Source: an uncultured Acidimicrobiia bacterium
GTDB lineage: Bacteria > Acidobacteriota > Terriglobia > Versatilivoradales > Versatilivoraceae
Direction: 5' to 3'
DNA length: 64,000 bases
Assembly: GCA_963786955.1 (NCBI GenBank)
Contig: CAWBAT010000006.1
Span: forward strand, 480,001 to 544,000
Each line of letters opens with the position of its first letter. The stretch's first letter is position 1. This document shows positions 21,386 through 32,820 of this stretch, in pieces. The position numbers and the translations under genes are program-made. A model generated the notes under the pieces. It did no database searches and was not told the origin of the DNA. It saw only the letters and a list, made by a program, of their open reading frames with translations.

Positions 21386-24037
21386 TCACTTCGCAACCGC
21401 CCGCAGACGTTCCAGGATCTCTGTCATTTGAAAACTGCTGGTAATCTTCTCTCCTTCTTTCGTCTGCACATAAAAAACGTCAAAGGCATATCCTTTTTCT
21501 GTTGCCAATTTGGCTGAGAGAATATTGAGGCCCAGGTTGGCAATGGCGGAGGCCAGTCGGAAACCGAGTCCCAGCTTGTCCCCGGCCTGCACTTCAATCA
21601 CGGTGCATTGTGACGCGATCTCATTATCAATACGGACCCGGGGCGCGATCGGCGGTTTAGAGGAATTTCCCGGATCTGTTTGCAGATGTGCTCCCAATAC
21701 TTCATCCAGGCTTTTCATTCCGGTGATGATATCGAGGAGAAGACGATCCACCCGATTCCAAACCTCGGAATCGAGAATGGCATTGCCGGTGGTGTCCCCC
21801 ACTTGGAACGTATCGATCACGATTTCATCATCTCGCGTATTCAACTGGGCACTCAAAATACAGATCCCGAGAGCTGTCAGAGTGCCCGCGATTTGGGCAA
21901 ATCGACCGGGAAGGTCGAGAGTCGAGACAACCAATTCCGTGTACCCTGACTGCGGATGAGGGGTCCACAGGGTCACAACGGGTTTATCATGCAGGCGTTC
22001 ACAGAGCCGAATGTGAGACAAGATCTGTTGAAGAGGAGTATAAAGGGCATACTTTTCCGGAAGTAGGGTGAAATGCCGCAGCACTGTCTCGACATCGAAC
22101 TCGCCAGAAAGCTGCTCCAGGACCTTTTGCTGAACGGCAGTGACTTCGGCATGCTCGGGTTCGCTAATCTCGTCGCCAAACATCAGACGGTCATACACTC
22201 TGAAGTAGAGAGACCAAAGTAAGAAGTCCTTTCGGTCATTCCATTCTTCTTCTCCCCAAGAGATCGAGTCCGCATAAGTAAAAAGGAGCAGCATATTCAA
22301 GTTGTCCGCCGCCTCAAGTTTCTCGGAAACCTCCTGCAGGATGAAAGGATCGTCAAGATCCCGTCGTTGAGACACACGGGTTAACAAATGTTGCTCTCGA
22401 ATGAGCAGTAATACCTTTTCAACGCTTTCAGAATCGAGATTGATTCGCCGGAGCGCCTTGGCGGCATAATGTTCATGATTGGGATGATCCTGAACTGTGA
22501 CACTCTTTCCCGTTTCGTGCAGCAATAACGCCAGGTAAATGAGTGAAGGATCTGCAACTTCGTCCAGCACTCTCTGGTAATCATGAAGGCCTGGACTCTT
22601 GGTGTTGACGATCGTATCCAAAGTCTCAATCGCATTTAAAGTGTGCTCGTCGACAGTCACGACTCGATAGGGTTCCAATTCTGGCAGGCAGTCTAACCGC
22701 CCAAACTCAGGCAGATAGTTTTTCAGAAAGCCAAGTCCATGCATCCGCCGAAGCGCGATCGCCACTTTCCCTTTGTTCTTCATGAGCTGCCGGAATTCCG
22801 AATGAACGGCTGGCCCATCATAAGAATGAATATCCCAATGGGCTTGGTCTGACAAGAGACTGTCTTCGACCACCCGATCGAAAAGCGCCGGTTCGGCCTG
22901 ACTATAACGGAAGCGTTTCATCCATTTTTCAGGTCCCTCAGGATTACTTTGGGTTACTCCGTTCTCGCTCCATCGACTCCTTTCCGCAACGGGAAACGAG
23001 CTGAACTTCAGGTAGCGCAGTTTGCTTTCTTCCGAGCCGGCACCGTAGCTGAGGCGAGCCTGTTCGAGAAAGCGGGACACCACCTGGCTGATCTTACGGC
23101 GCTGAATGACGACCTCGTGCAAGAACTGAGCGCAGGAAACGTGCACAGAAGAATGGTTGTATCCCATGAACCGGGCATATCCTTCCAAGCTGTCCGTGGA
23201 AAGGACATCCCGATCGAATTTCGACGAAAAATGAAGAGCGTTTCGAACCCGCAGCAGAAACTCCCGTCCCCGCTGAATGAAAGTCCAGTCACGCGGACTT
23301 AGATGACGATCTTCGAGAAGTTTTTCAGGGCTTTCCGCTCCAGTCAGAATTCTCAAACACCCTAAAAAAGTCTGTCCATCCAGAATTCCGCCTGTCCCCC
23401 AGGTCAGGTCCGAATCGATTCTATAAATATCTTTTCCATGACCTGCATGCATTTCTTTCAAATAATCAGTGATCTGAAAGACGAAAGAGAGCGGGTTTTT
23501 AAGAACGTTTGCGCGAAAGCGCTGCATCAAGTCTTTAAACTGGGTGGGATCTCCACCGATATGGCGAGCCGACAGCAATTTTACTCCGAAAGAATAGCTA
23601 TTGAGAGCCCGGTGGAGACATTCCTTCGGGTTTGCCACCGTGACTTGAGGGTGAATCCCGGAGGCCTGCAGCATCAGTCGAAGCTCTTCGATCGCCTCCT
23701 CTGGAATAGGCTGTTGATTCGACCTCAGCAGGATCAACAAATCGACCGGAGAGCGCGGCGACAAATCCAGACAGCCGTATTCTCCGATCGCGATCCAGGC
23801 GCCAGGGAATTGTGCCCCGGATGCGACTCCCGCAGACAAAGGCGCCGCCTGCAGTGTCTGATGGACAGACTGAAGGATCTGATCCAAAAGGATGCCTCGG
23901 CTCGTTGCAATGACAAACCCCCCTTCCCCGTTCAAGTGGCGGGACCGAAGTCTGTTCATTTCCGCTCGGTGCGTGCGTTGACAATAGCGCAGCAGAGAGC
24001 CATCCTCAAGGCGGAGGGGATCAGTGTTGTTCATCAT
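21386..24037 (-). CDS. glnD: GlnD-like protein (NT, HD, two ACT domains) with degenerate catalytic motifs
   Basis: GlnD architecture: FLLRVRNALH, YLPEFG, TVDEHTL, HLLTRVSQRRDLDDP, ACT1 DLPGRFAQIAG and ACT2 VRIDNE..DKLGL. The NT motif reads GEYGC..SPVD and the HD motif reads LLHETGK. Confidence 0.8.
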   Translation of the reverse strand: MMNNTDPLRLEDGSLLRYCQRTHRAEMNRLRSRHLNGEGGFVIATSRGILLDQILQSVHQTLQAAPLSAGVASGAQFPGAWIAIGEYGCLDLSPRSPVDLLILLRSNQQPIPEEAIEELRLMLQASGIHPQVTVANPKECLHRALNSYSFGVKLLSARHIGGDPTQFKDLMQRFRANVLKNPLSFVFQITDYLKEMHAGHGKDIYRIDSDLTWGTGGILDGQTFLGCLRILTGAESPEKLLEDRHLSPRDWTFIQRGREFLLRVRNALHFSSKFDRDVLSTDSLEGYARFMGYNHSSVHVSCAQFLHEVVIQRRKISQVVSRFLEQARLSYGAGSEESKLRYLKFSSFPVAERSRWSENGVTQSNPEGPEKWMKRFRYSQAEPALFDRVVEDSLLSDQAHWDIHSYDGPAVHSEFRQLMKNKGKVAIALRRMHGLGFLKNYLPEFGRLDCLPELEPYRVVTVDEHTLNAIETLDTIVNTKSPGLHDYQRVLDEVADPSLIYLALLLHETGKSVTVQDHPNHEHYAAKALRRINLDSESVEKVLLLIREQHLLTRVSQRRDLDDPFILQEVSEKLEAADNLNMLLLFTYADSISWGEEEWNDRKDFLLWSLYFRVYDRLMFGDEISEPEHAEVTAVQQKVLEQLSGEFDVETVLRHFTLLPEKYALYTPLQQILSHIRLCERLHDKPVVTLWTPHPQSGYTELVVSTLDLPGRFAQIAGTLTALGICILSAQLNTRDDEIVIDTFQVGDTTGNAILDSEVWNRVDRLLLDIITGMKSLDEVLGAHLQTDPGNSSKPPIAPRVRIDNEIASQCTVIEVQAGDKLGLGFRLASAIANLGLNILSAKLATEKGYAFDVFYVQTKEGEKITSSFQMTEILERLRAVAK

Positions 24038-24445
24038 GAATAGAAAACCGCCGTCTCAACTAACTCAAATTGCAGGAACCCGTAACGCATGCGATCATAG
24101 CATGGCAGATGGTAATTCTGATTCATACTCTTCGTGTCTGTTTGAATGGAATGATTCTTTTATTTTTCTACTAACCAAGAAAGAAGTTTGTTCGAAACGA
24201 GGGCTCTGTCGATTTATCGTCCGAATTTGAATATAATTGAAGTAAATTGGCAATAAGACTCATCGCAACAAGATTTTTGCACAGCCTCTCATGAGTATTC
24301 TGGGAGTAGGAGCTCTCATTCCTCTCTATGCAGTGTACCGTATTCCGCCCCTTTGGCTCACGCTCACTGGGGTTGAAGTTCTCTTTCTCCTTTCTTGGAT
24401 AGGGCACTGAGACTCCCACCCCTGATTTTCTTGGAGGAAAACAAA

Positions 24446-24970
24446 ATGAACGATTTGAGATACCCTATCGGAAAGTTTGAGGCCCCCAAGACCATGACGA
24501 AGGAATCTCGCCTTGAACTGATCTCACAAATTGCCGAGGCTCCTTCACAATTGCGCGTCGCTGTCTCCGGCCTCAATTCAAAACAATTGAACACACCCTA
24601 TCGCGACGGGGGGTGGACCGTCATCCAGGTCGTTCACCATCTTCCCGATAGCCATATGAATGCCTACACCCGCTGCAAGCTGGCCGTCACCGAAAACGCG
24701 CCCACCATCAAACCCTATAACGAAGCACGGTGGGCGGAACTTCCGGATGCCAGTGGATTGGATATAGAGATTTCTCTCGTGCTCCTGGATGCTTTGCATC
24801 GACGCTGGGTCGTCTTTCTACAGTCACTCACTGAAGAACAATTCCAATACATCTTCCATCATCCAGATGCTGGAGTCATGTCGCTGGACCGAACATTCGC
24901 GTTGTATGCCTGGCACGGTCGCCATCACATTGCTCACATCACTGCTTTACGGCAACGAATGGGATGGTGA
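24446..24970 (+). CDS. YfiT/BstA-like DinB-family thiol S-transferase / metal-dependent hydrolase
   Basis: MNDLRYPIG, TPYRDGGWT..QVVHHLPDSHMN and YAWHGRHHIAHI. RBS GGAGG upstream. Confidence 0.9.
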   Translation: MNDLRYPIGKFEAPKTMTKESRLELISQIAEAPSQLRVAVSGLNSKQLNTPYRDGGWTVIQVVHHLPDSHMNAYTRCKLAVTENAPTIKPYNEARWAELPDASGLDIEISLVLLDALHRRWVVFLQSLTEEQFQYIFHHPDAGVMSLDRTFALYAWHGRHHIAHITALRQRMGW

Positions 24971-24971
24971 G

Positions 24972-25580
24972 ATGTCGTCCGGGACAAACAAGTCAGTGAT
25001 CAACAAGGTTTGCTGTCTATTGTGCTTCCAGCCGCCAGTCAGACACCGCCTATTTCGAAGCGGCAACCGACTCGGCCAAACATTGGCACGGCACTCAATC
25101 ACGATTATTTATGGTGGGGGATCCTTAGGGTCGATGGGACAACTCGCCGCTGGAGCATTGGCGGAAGGCGGCAAGGTCATCGGAGTTCTTCCGCGATTCA
25201 TGAATGATCTTGAGTGGGGACATCGAGGGACTCACGGAGTTGCGGCTAGTCGAGAGTCTCCATCAGCGAAAGCGCTTGATGCTGGAGGAAACGGATGCCG
25301 TTGTCGCATTACCCGGCGGATCGGGCACATTAGAGGAATTGTTCGAGGCGATTACTTGGAAACGATTAGGACTTTTTGTGAAGCCAATCATTCTCGTCAA
25401 CGTGAGAGGATTCTTTAATCCTTGTATTGAACTTTTAGAGACCTGCATTCGCGAAAGGTTCATGAATGACCGCCATCGAGCCATGTGGACGGTTGTCGAG
25501 AAGACCCGAGGATGTCATCGACTCGATTCGGAACGCCGTTGGTATGGGACGCGGATGCCCGAGGGTTTGCCCTCGTCTAG
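24972..25580 (+). CDS. LOG family nucleotide phosphoribohydrolase (frameshifted)
   Basis: IYGGGSLGSMG, VIGVLPRFM, RKRLM and LPGGSGTLEE (PGGxGTxxE motif). Confidence 0.88.
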
Positions 25581-25651
25581 GGAGTAACCATCGACCGAGG
25601 CGCGCAGGGACCTCGTCTATATCCCAATATTATAATAAAGGTGATGAATAG

Positions 25652-26185
25652 ATGATGCTCTACGACAATAAAGCCCGGCCGGCCGAAGATGAATATGGCC
25701 CTTTCTATGGCAACTACATCAAGGCGGTCCCCTCCAGGATCTCATCCAAGTGCTCATGGACCAAAAAGACACTACAGCCAGATTGTTGAGTACGATTTCT
25801 GAGGACCAGGCACGAAGCGTTACGCTCCGGACAAGTGGAGCATTAAAGAGGTTGTCGGTCATATCTGCGATACCGAACGAATTATGACTTACAGGGTTTG
25901 AGAATAGCTCGAGGTGACGAGACACCCCTGCCCGGTTTTGAACAAGACGACTTTGTTCGCCACGCAGGGTTTGATTTACGCCCGCTAGAGGAGCTGGTCT
26001 CAGAGTTCAAGACGGTTCGGGAGGCCACTCTTTCGTTGTTTCGAGGTCTCGACGACCAGTCCCTTCAAAGGTGAGGCACCGCCAACAATACGGGCGTCAG
26101 CGTTCTGGCACTTGCGTATATCATCGCGGGCCACGAACGTCACCATGTCGGCATTCTTCGCGAACGGTACCTTCCGCTGGTCTAA
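25652..26185 (+). CDS. DinB family protein (frameshifts and one in-frame TGA); not in the ORF track as a + strand gene
   Basis: Reconstructed RPAEDEYGPFYGNYI..RYAPDKWSIKEVVGHICDTERIMTYR..GDETPLPGFEQD..IIAGHERHH. Confidence 0.8.
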
Positions 26186-26347
26186 ACTTTTCAATCCCAG
26201 ACAGCGATTGGCAACGCCCTCTTTCTTGGACCGGAGAATAGCACTGGAATGGAGTCGGCGGGGACGGCGGATCCACTCATTTTCATTCGAGGGGTAGAAA
26301 CGTAGTCCACTTGGAGGCCCCCGCCTATTCACATACGACCGAACCTC

Positions 26348-28079
26348 TCAGCCGGCAGTCTCCATCACTTCAAGGGTAGCTTTCGATGAGGTATGGGCGA
26401 CTAGTTCACTGGCATCGACCATGTTGAGACCCGTGGTCGTCTTGAAACTGGGCAGAATTTCGCGCTCAAAAGGCTTTAATCCATTCCAATCGCGTTTGTA
26501 ACCGGAAAGGTTCAGATAGAGATGCTTCTGGAAAAATTTTTCCGGAAATCCTGCAAAACGATAGAGAGGATACTTCACTCCAGGACCAAACAGTTTCTTG
26601 GCGAGGAGGTGATAATAAAATGGCGCACCCAGAGAGAACTTCAGCTGCTTAAAAGTTCCACCACGCCAAATATCGACATTATACTTCCAACAAGTAAACA
26701 AGAACTCCCACTGCAGGTCCGTCATTTCGATCAGTCGGGCCCCGGTTTTTTCTGCATCCGGGTATTTTCAAGTGGCACAAAAAATGTTGGAACAAACATT
26801 CCCTTGGCATCTTTAAGGTCATAGAGCATATCTAACGACAACTTCGTGTCTTCCTCGGTTTCGCCCGGCAAGCCGAGAATAAAAGTGTTGAAAGGGTACC
26901 AGTTATGCCGATTCAAGATTTCCATTCCCTTAAGCACGACATCCCGCCACTGATGCGCTTTATAGGGATAGGCTTTCCCTTTCATGTAGGTCTCAAACAC
27001 GCGTGGGCTGCCTGTTTCCAATCCGATAATGGGATCCACGATGCATTTATTGGGATCGGTAGAAGACCAATGTTTCAAGTGCGAGTAGGGGACCGTCAAC
27101 GGAGTCAGTCTCTCGATCACGGTGGGATCTTTGACGACTGGTGCAAGGGTAATGTGGGAAAGCTGAATCGTCTGGAGGCTCAGGGACGGAAATGACTTGT
27201 CGGAACAGATTCTCTAATGCAGGGATATTCGTTTCGAAATTGGGCAACTGCTCATAGAGAAACATATCCTCCGAAGTAATCATGACTTCCGTGGCGCCTT
27301 CACTGACATTGAGCCTCACACTTTCCAGGATATGCTCCAAAGGAAAGGAGCGACCCACTTTTGTCGCGGGGGAGCAGAATTGGCAACCCCGTCCACAGCC
27401 CCGCGTAATTTCCACAACTCCAAAGGTCGAGCGATGACGCACAACGGGAATTTCTTCTACGGACGGTTGCATCGTCTTGGGGATTTTGATAATCCGTGGC
27501 AGATTGGGGTCCCCCGCTATGATCCGCTTGAAGAGATCACTAAAAACATGTTCAATCTCACCATCGATCAAATAATCAACATTGAATTCATCCAACCGAT
27601 TTGCTTTTTCGAGCTGCCAAGCCCCCGGTCCTCCGACAATGATCTTGGGTCTGTATTTCCGCAGGATCGGATGGTTCACGATCCGGAGGAATTCCTGCGC
27701 ATTCAACGGCATCAGGTTTTCCCCGCCCATTTTCGAGTAAACATCCGTCGCATAGGAAATTCCCAACGGATTATGGGCATGAATCGCCAAGACCTTTGTG
27801 TCAGGCCCTACAAAACGATCCAGGATTCTCGACGTAACAGGTAACCACATCATCTTCGGAGTAGTCCCGCAGGAGTAGCGTCTCTACCATGCGCAAACCA
27901 TTCGGCACATACTTTGCCCGACCATTCGGCCAGGACTCATTAATCATCGATTCCGGAGCAATGAAGGTTTTGCTAAATTTGGCAGGAATGGTTGCCGAGA
28001 GCATCTGCTGCCAAATACTGTGTCTCCATTCATTAGCTTCGGTCGAAGAAGCGGCAAGAACAATCTTGGGCGAATTCAC
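26348..28079 (-). CDS. Radical SAM protein with a cobalamin-binding-like N-terminal domain (frameshifted)
   Basis: KIIVGGPGAWQ, VEITRGCGRGCQFC (CxxxCxxC), IGLETGS and FILGLPGET. Confidence 0.85.
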
Positions 28080-28547
28080 AACTTTCCCTCCACATGAAAA
28101 TAGAACCTAAAATCATCCTGAAATTTTGAATTTGCAGACGGTCGTTTTAAGCCAAACAAAAATCATATTATCTCCGACGCATCTTAGCTACAAAATAACG
28201 CTCTTTAATATCAAAGACTTAAAAGGGTCGTCAATATTTTTTCAACCAAATCTACGCCTCGAGGCCAAAGATCAGTCCTTATCCTTAACATTCCAAATAG
28301 TGAGTTTCCCGGCGATCAAGTTCTGAAGAAGTGAATAGGCCCGCTTTGCAGAGGATGTTTCCGACTGCAATCAGGTTCAAGGTGTTGAGAAAGACATCAG
28401 TAATAAATACTCGGCGACTTCAAGTGGATAAAACATGCCATTCGCTTATCTTAACGGCAGAATCGATAAATTCAATTCCCTCCATTGATTCTGAGAGTGG
28501 AAACTTATTGTAAACTTGGGTCGAAGAGATTAGGCTTGCCCAAACTT

Positions 28548-29855
28548 ATGACTCTTGAAGCACTTTTCCTCGTTTTTGCTTGCCTCGTGATCCTAAAAGG
28601 CGTGGTCGGCGTCTTGGAAGGGAGGCGCTATCTTCATTATATTCGCGCACACTTTTCCCATTTACCCATCTCCTGGATGCCCTTTGCTTCGGTCATCATT
28701 CCTTGCAAAGGACTTGAATATCAACTAGAAGACAACATTGCGAGTGTGCTTAAACAGGTCTATCCCTTTTTCGAACTTGTGCTTGTAACAGCCACAGAGG
28801 ATGATCCGGCCCGCCCAGTCTTGAATGACTTGGTCCGCAAATTCCCTGGGCACAGGATCAAGCTAGTGACCGCTGGGATCAGTGACGAGCGCGGTGAAAA
28901 AGTCAATAACCTGATGCAAGCCGTCACCCGAACGGATTCAGGTTCGGAAGTGTTCGTCTTCATGGATTCCGATGCCCAACCTCACCTGAACTGGCTACAG
29001 GCCTTAATTTCCCCGCTTCGGGATGACCGGATTGGCGTGTCTACAGGCTATCGCTGGTACTTCCCAGAGCGCGGAAATTTGGCTGGTGTGTTCCGGTCTG
29101 CCTGGAACGGTTCGGTTGCAACATTACTGGGAGATCACGGCCGAAATTTTGCATGGGGCGGCTCCATGGCGATTCGGCGTTCAACTTTTGTGCACGCAAA
29201 GGTATTGAGTTACTGGTCGCATTCGATTAGCGATGACTATTCGGTGACTCAAGCAATGCGGGACTCCAAGCTTAGGGTCCATTATGAGCCTCGTTGCTTA
29301 ATAGGATCTGCTGGAAAATGCTCATGGCGAGAATTATTTGAGTGGTCAACACGCCAAATCATCATTACCCGAATCTATTCCCGAAAGCTGTGGAGAATTG
29401 CCTTCCTCTCCCAAGGGTCATTCCTCATCGTGTGGTGGACGGCATTCCTGTGTGTACTCGCTTTACTGCTTCAAACACTTCTAAGCGATGCCGCTCTCAA
29501 TCCACAGAATTACTAACACCTGGTCAAATATGGCTTTATTTCGGGTTCGATCTTTATCTTAGGAGTTATTCGAGGCTGGTTCCGGCTGAGAGCAATCCAC
29601 CATATTTTTCCAGACCAGCAGCCGAACATCACCCCTTTCTGGTGGGGATATACGTTGCTGTTTCCATTGGTCTCAACGTTGACTGGCCTTAACCTACTGG
29701 TTTCGGCCTTCAAGAATCAACTAAAATGGCGTGGAATTCGATACGAGTTTCAACCGAACGGCACACTCCGAGTCATCCGAGAAGCAGGTATGGCGAACGA
29801 GAAAACCCCCACTGCTTCTGCTTCGAAAGATACGCAGAAATTAGGAGCTTCGTAG
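28548..29855 (+). CDS. Membrane GT2/GT21 glycosyltransferase (ceramide glucosyltransferase/HpnI-like), frameshift near 29515
   Basis: IIPCKGLE, KVNNL, FMDSDA, AWGGSMA, SDDY, WSTRQ and C-terminal WRGIRY. Confidence 0.8.
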
Positions 29856-30046
29856 GGGATGGACGCTCTTCTGTTCCTCGCTGAGATAGGGAACCATTTC
29901 ACAGGGTCCGTTACTAGCTGGGACACTGCGGTGAGAATTCCCTAATGCGGGTTAGCCAAACTTCTTACCGTTCCATATTTCCTAACGAGGACTCCAAGAG
30001 ATGCCTGAAAGGAATTCAAAATTTAGCGGACAAGGCTGGAAGGGTG

Positions 30047-30289
30047 TTAGCTGGCTCTGCCAATTTCTGAGAAATTGATCTCTTTAACCTCCAGCGTGCT
30101 GCGAAGCCCGAGACGAATACAACACCCATCGTAGATCTGCTTAACGGCTTTCTTGGCCTGCTGCAGCTCAAGGAGTTTTTCTTTGACTCTGGCAAGTTCA
30201 CCTTCGATGTCTCTTTCGATCTGGTCCAATTCTGACTTTGCCATTTGGCGGGTATTTTCATACTTGAGTTTTTGATCTTCAGTTAACAC
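30047..30289 (-). CDS. Small coiled-coil hypothetical protein
   Basis: Amphipathic helical 80-aa ORF with a good RBS (GGAAGGA), divergent from pcrA. Confidence 0.65.
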   Translation of the reverse strand: MLTEDQKLKYENTRQMAKSELDQIERDIEGELARVKEKLLELQQAKKAVKQIYDGCCIRLGLRSTLEVKEINFSEIGRAS

Positions 30290-30547
30290 GGTTTATCCTT
30301 CCTCAAGAGATTGTAAGTTTCCCAAAGACAAGAGAAAATTTTCCGTCGTCCAGACAATGCCGACTTTGCAAAAAAATTGAATCGGGTAATAGCGGAACCT
30401 GGACCCGTTTGCTTTCCAAATAGCTGTGAGTCAGGACCTTAAGGAAAGCAGGGTTCAATCTATTGATCGGCAAACAGGTCACAGACATTAGACTTTTCTA
30501 GACTTGAATTGCTTTTCAAGGGTTGTCTCCGTAGAATGCCACCCGTG

Positions 30548-32766
30548 ATGATGAACTTGGAAAAAGAGTTAAATCCTGCGCAACTCGAGGCGGTTCAATA
30601 CCATGAAGGGCCTCTTCTCATTTTGGCTGGTGCGGGGAGCGGAAAAACTCGAGTTATTACCTACCGGATTGCTTGTCTCATTGATCACTGCCAGGTCCAA
30701 CCCGAGCGTATTCTTGCCGTCACCTTCACCAACAAAGCTGCCGAGCAGATGAAGAATCGAGTCGCTCATTTGCTGCGATCTCATCGAATCAGCCACCCCT
30801 TGATTTCAACTTTTCATTCTTTTTGCGTCCGGATGCTCCGTCGACATATCCAAGCCCTCGGTTACAAGAATGATTTCAGCATCTATGACGAAACTGACCA
30901 GTTAAACATCGTCAAGAGCTGTTTGAAGGAGCTGAGCCTGGATGACAAAGCCTATTCCCCCCGCTCTGTCCTCTCTCGCATTAGCTATGCCAAAAACCAC
31001 GGAATCTCCCCTGAAGACTTTTATTCGCAATCCTATGATTCAAAATCGGAGCGGATGGCAGTCCTCTATAGCCACTATGAGAAACGTTTGAAGAGTTCCG
31101 CTGCATTGGACTTTGATGACTTGTTACTCAAAGCGGTCCTTTTGCTGAGTCAAGAACCAACCATTTGTGAACTGCTCAACCACCAGTATGAGTATATTCT
31201 GGTGGACGAGTATCAGGACACCAATCGGGTCCAATATCAGCTGATCCGACTACTGACACAGATTAGACAGAATCTTTGTGTCGTCGGAGACGAAGACCAG
31301 TCTATCTATGGATGGCGCGGAGCCGATATCCAGAACATCCTGAGTTTCGAGCAAGATTATCCAACCGCCCGAATTATCAAACTGGAGCAGAACTACCGCT
31401 CCACTCAGGCTATCCTGGACGCAGCCGGGGCAGTCGTGAGTCACAACGAGGAACGCAAAGGCAAGACTTTGTGGACCGATAAGAAAGAGGGCGAGCTGGT
31501 TTCCCTTTTTGAAGCCCCTGACAGCGAAGCGGAAGCCTTATTCGTAATTGATAACATTCTCGATTACCTGCGACGAAACCCATTGGATTCGGCCGCTGTT
31601 CTCTACCGAACCAATTTTCAATCACGCCTTTTTGAAGAGGCCTGTCGCCGCAGCAACCTCAAATATTTGGTCGTTGGGGGATTCAGCTTTTATGAAAGAG
31701 CTGAGATTAAGGACATTTTAAGCTATCTCAAGCTGTGTTCAAACCCCAGCGATTCTCTCAGTTTTGCTCGAGTGATTAATACCCCGCCGAGAGGACTAGG
31801 GAAATCCACTTTGGATGCCTTGAACCAGGAAGCATCTATTTATGGCCTCTCGCTGTGGGAATCGATGATTCGGTCTATTGAGAGCAAGATCCTAACCGGC
31901 AGAGCCACCAAGTCGTTGGAGGATTTCCGTAAGTTGTTGCAACCCTGCATGGAATCGTTGACCTCACTTCCACTTTCCAAATTCGTGAAGCAAGTGGTTG
32001 AAGCTACCGGCTACAGGCAATGGCTGGAGAGCGATGACACGGAAGAAGCCCGATCGCGAATCGAGAACATTGAAGAACTCATCAACGCCGCTCGTGACGC
32101 CGAGTCCCGTGGAGAGACGATTCGCGATTTTCTCGATCATGCCGCGCTTGTTTCGGACACGGATAGGCTGGATGAAAAAGCAAGAGTCGTCTTGTTGACG
32201 ACACACAGCGCCAAGGGCCTCGAATTTCCTCTCGTGTGCCTTGTGGGGCTAGAGGAAGGACTTTTCCCCCACAGCCGCTCGTTATCCAGCCAGAAGGAAC
32301 TCGAAGAGGAACGGCGTATTTGCTACGTCGGGATGACCCGAGCCCAAAAGAAACTCGTTTTGACTCGCGCCAAATTCCGACGTTTCCTGGGGACAGGAAG
32401 TATGGAACCTACCCAACCTTCTCGTTTCCTCCGGGAGATTCCAGCAGAACTTATTGAAAGCCATCTTCGTCACAAGACCGAAGAAAGACTTCCTCGTATG
32501 ATGGGCCCGTCATTAACACAAAGGAAGGGATTCAGCAATTCTATCAACAGCGTGGCCGGCAGATTGATTTGGCTCCCGTGACTCGGGGATCGGCATCGAA
32601 GGGAACATTCTTAAGCAGGGGAAGTACGGTTCGTCATCCCAAGTTTGGAGTCGGCACCATCGTGCGCTGTGAAGGCGAAGGGGAAGATGCCAAAGTGACC
32701 GTCAGTTTCCCAGGCTACGGACTTAAAAAAATGGTCCAAAAATACGCAGGACTCGAAAGAGTTTAA
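30548..32766 (+). CDS. pcrA: ATP-dependent DNA helicase PcrA/UvrD (frameshift near 32500, before the C-terminal Tudor domain)
   Basis: AGAGSGKT, TFTNKAA, VDEYQDTN, VGDEDQSIYGWRGA, LEQNYRS, THSAKGLEF, EEERRICYVGMTRA and VRHPKFGVG. Confidence 0.95.
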
Positions 32767-32820
32767 AGAGCAATTCAGTTCCCTTTTTCCGTGGTCATTT
32801 GGGTTGAATGAGGCGTTTAG

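Noticed and set aside
26072-26074. In-frame TGA in the DinB gene as possible selenocysteine
   Set aside because: It falls where Arg is expected (R-R-G-T-A-N; CGA to TGA), not at a Cys position. No SECIS-like hairpin is evident, and the gene has other errors.
30450-30470. GTTC..GATC upstream of pcrA as a LexA box
   Set aside because: The spacing and second half-site do not fit GTTC-N7-GTTC.
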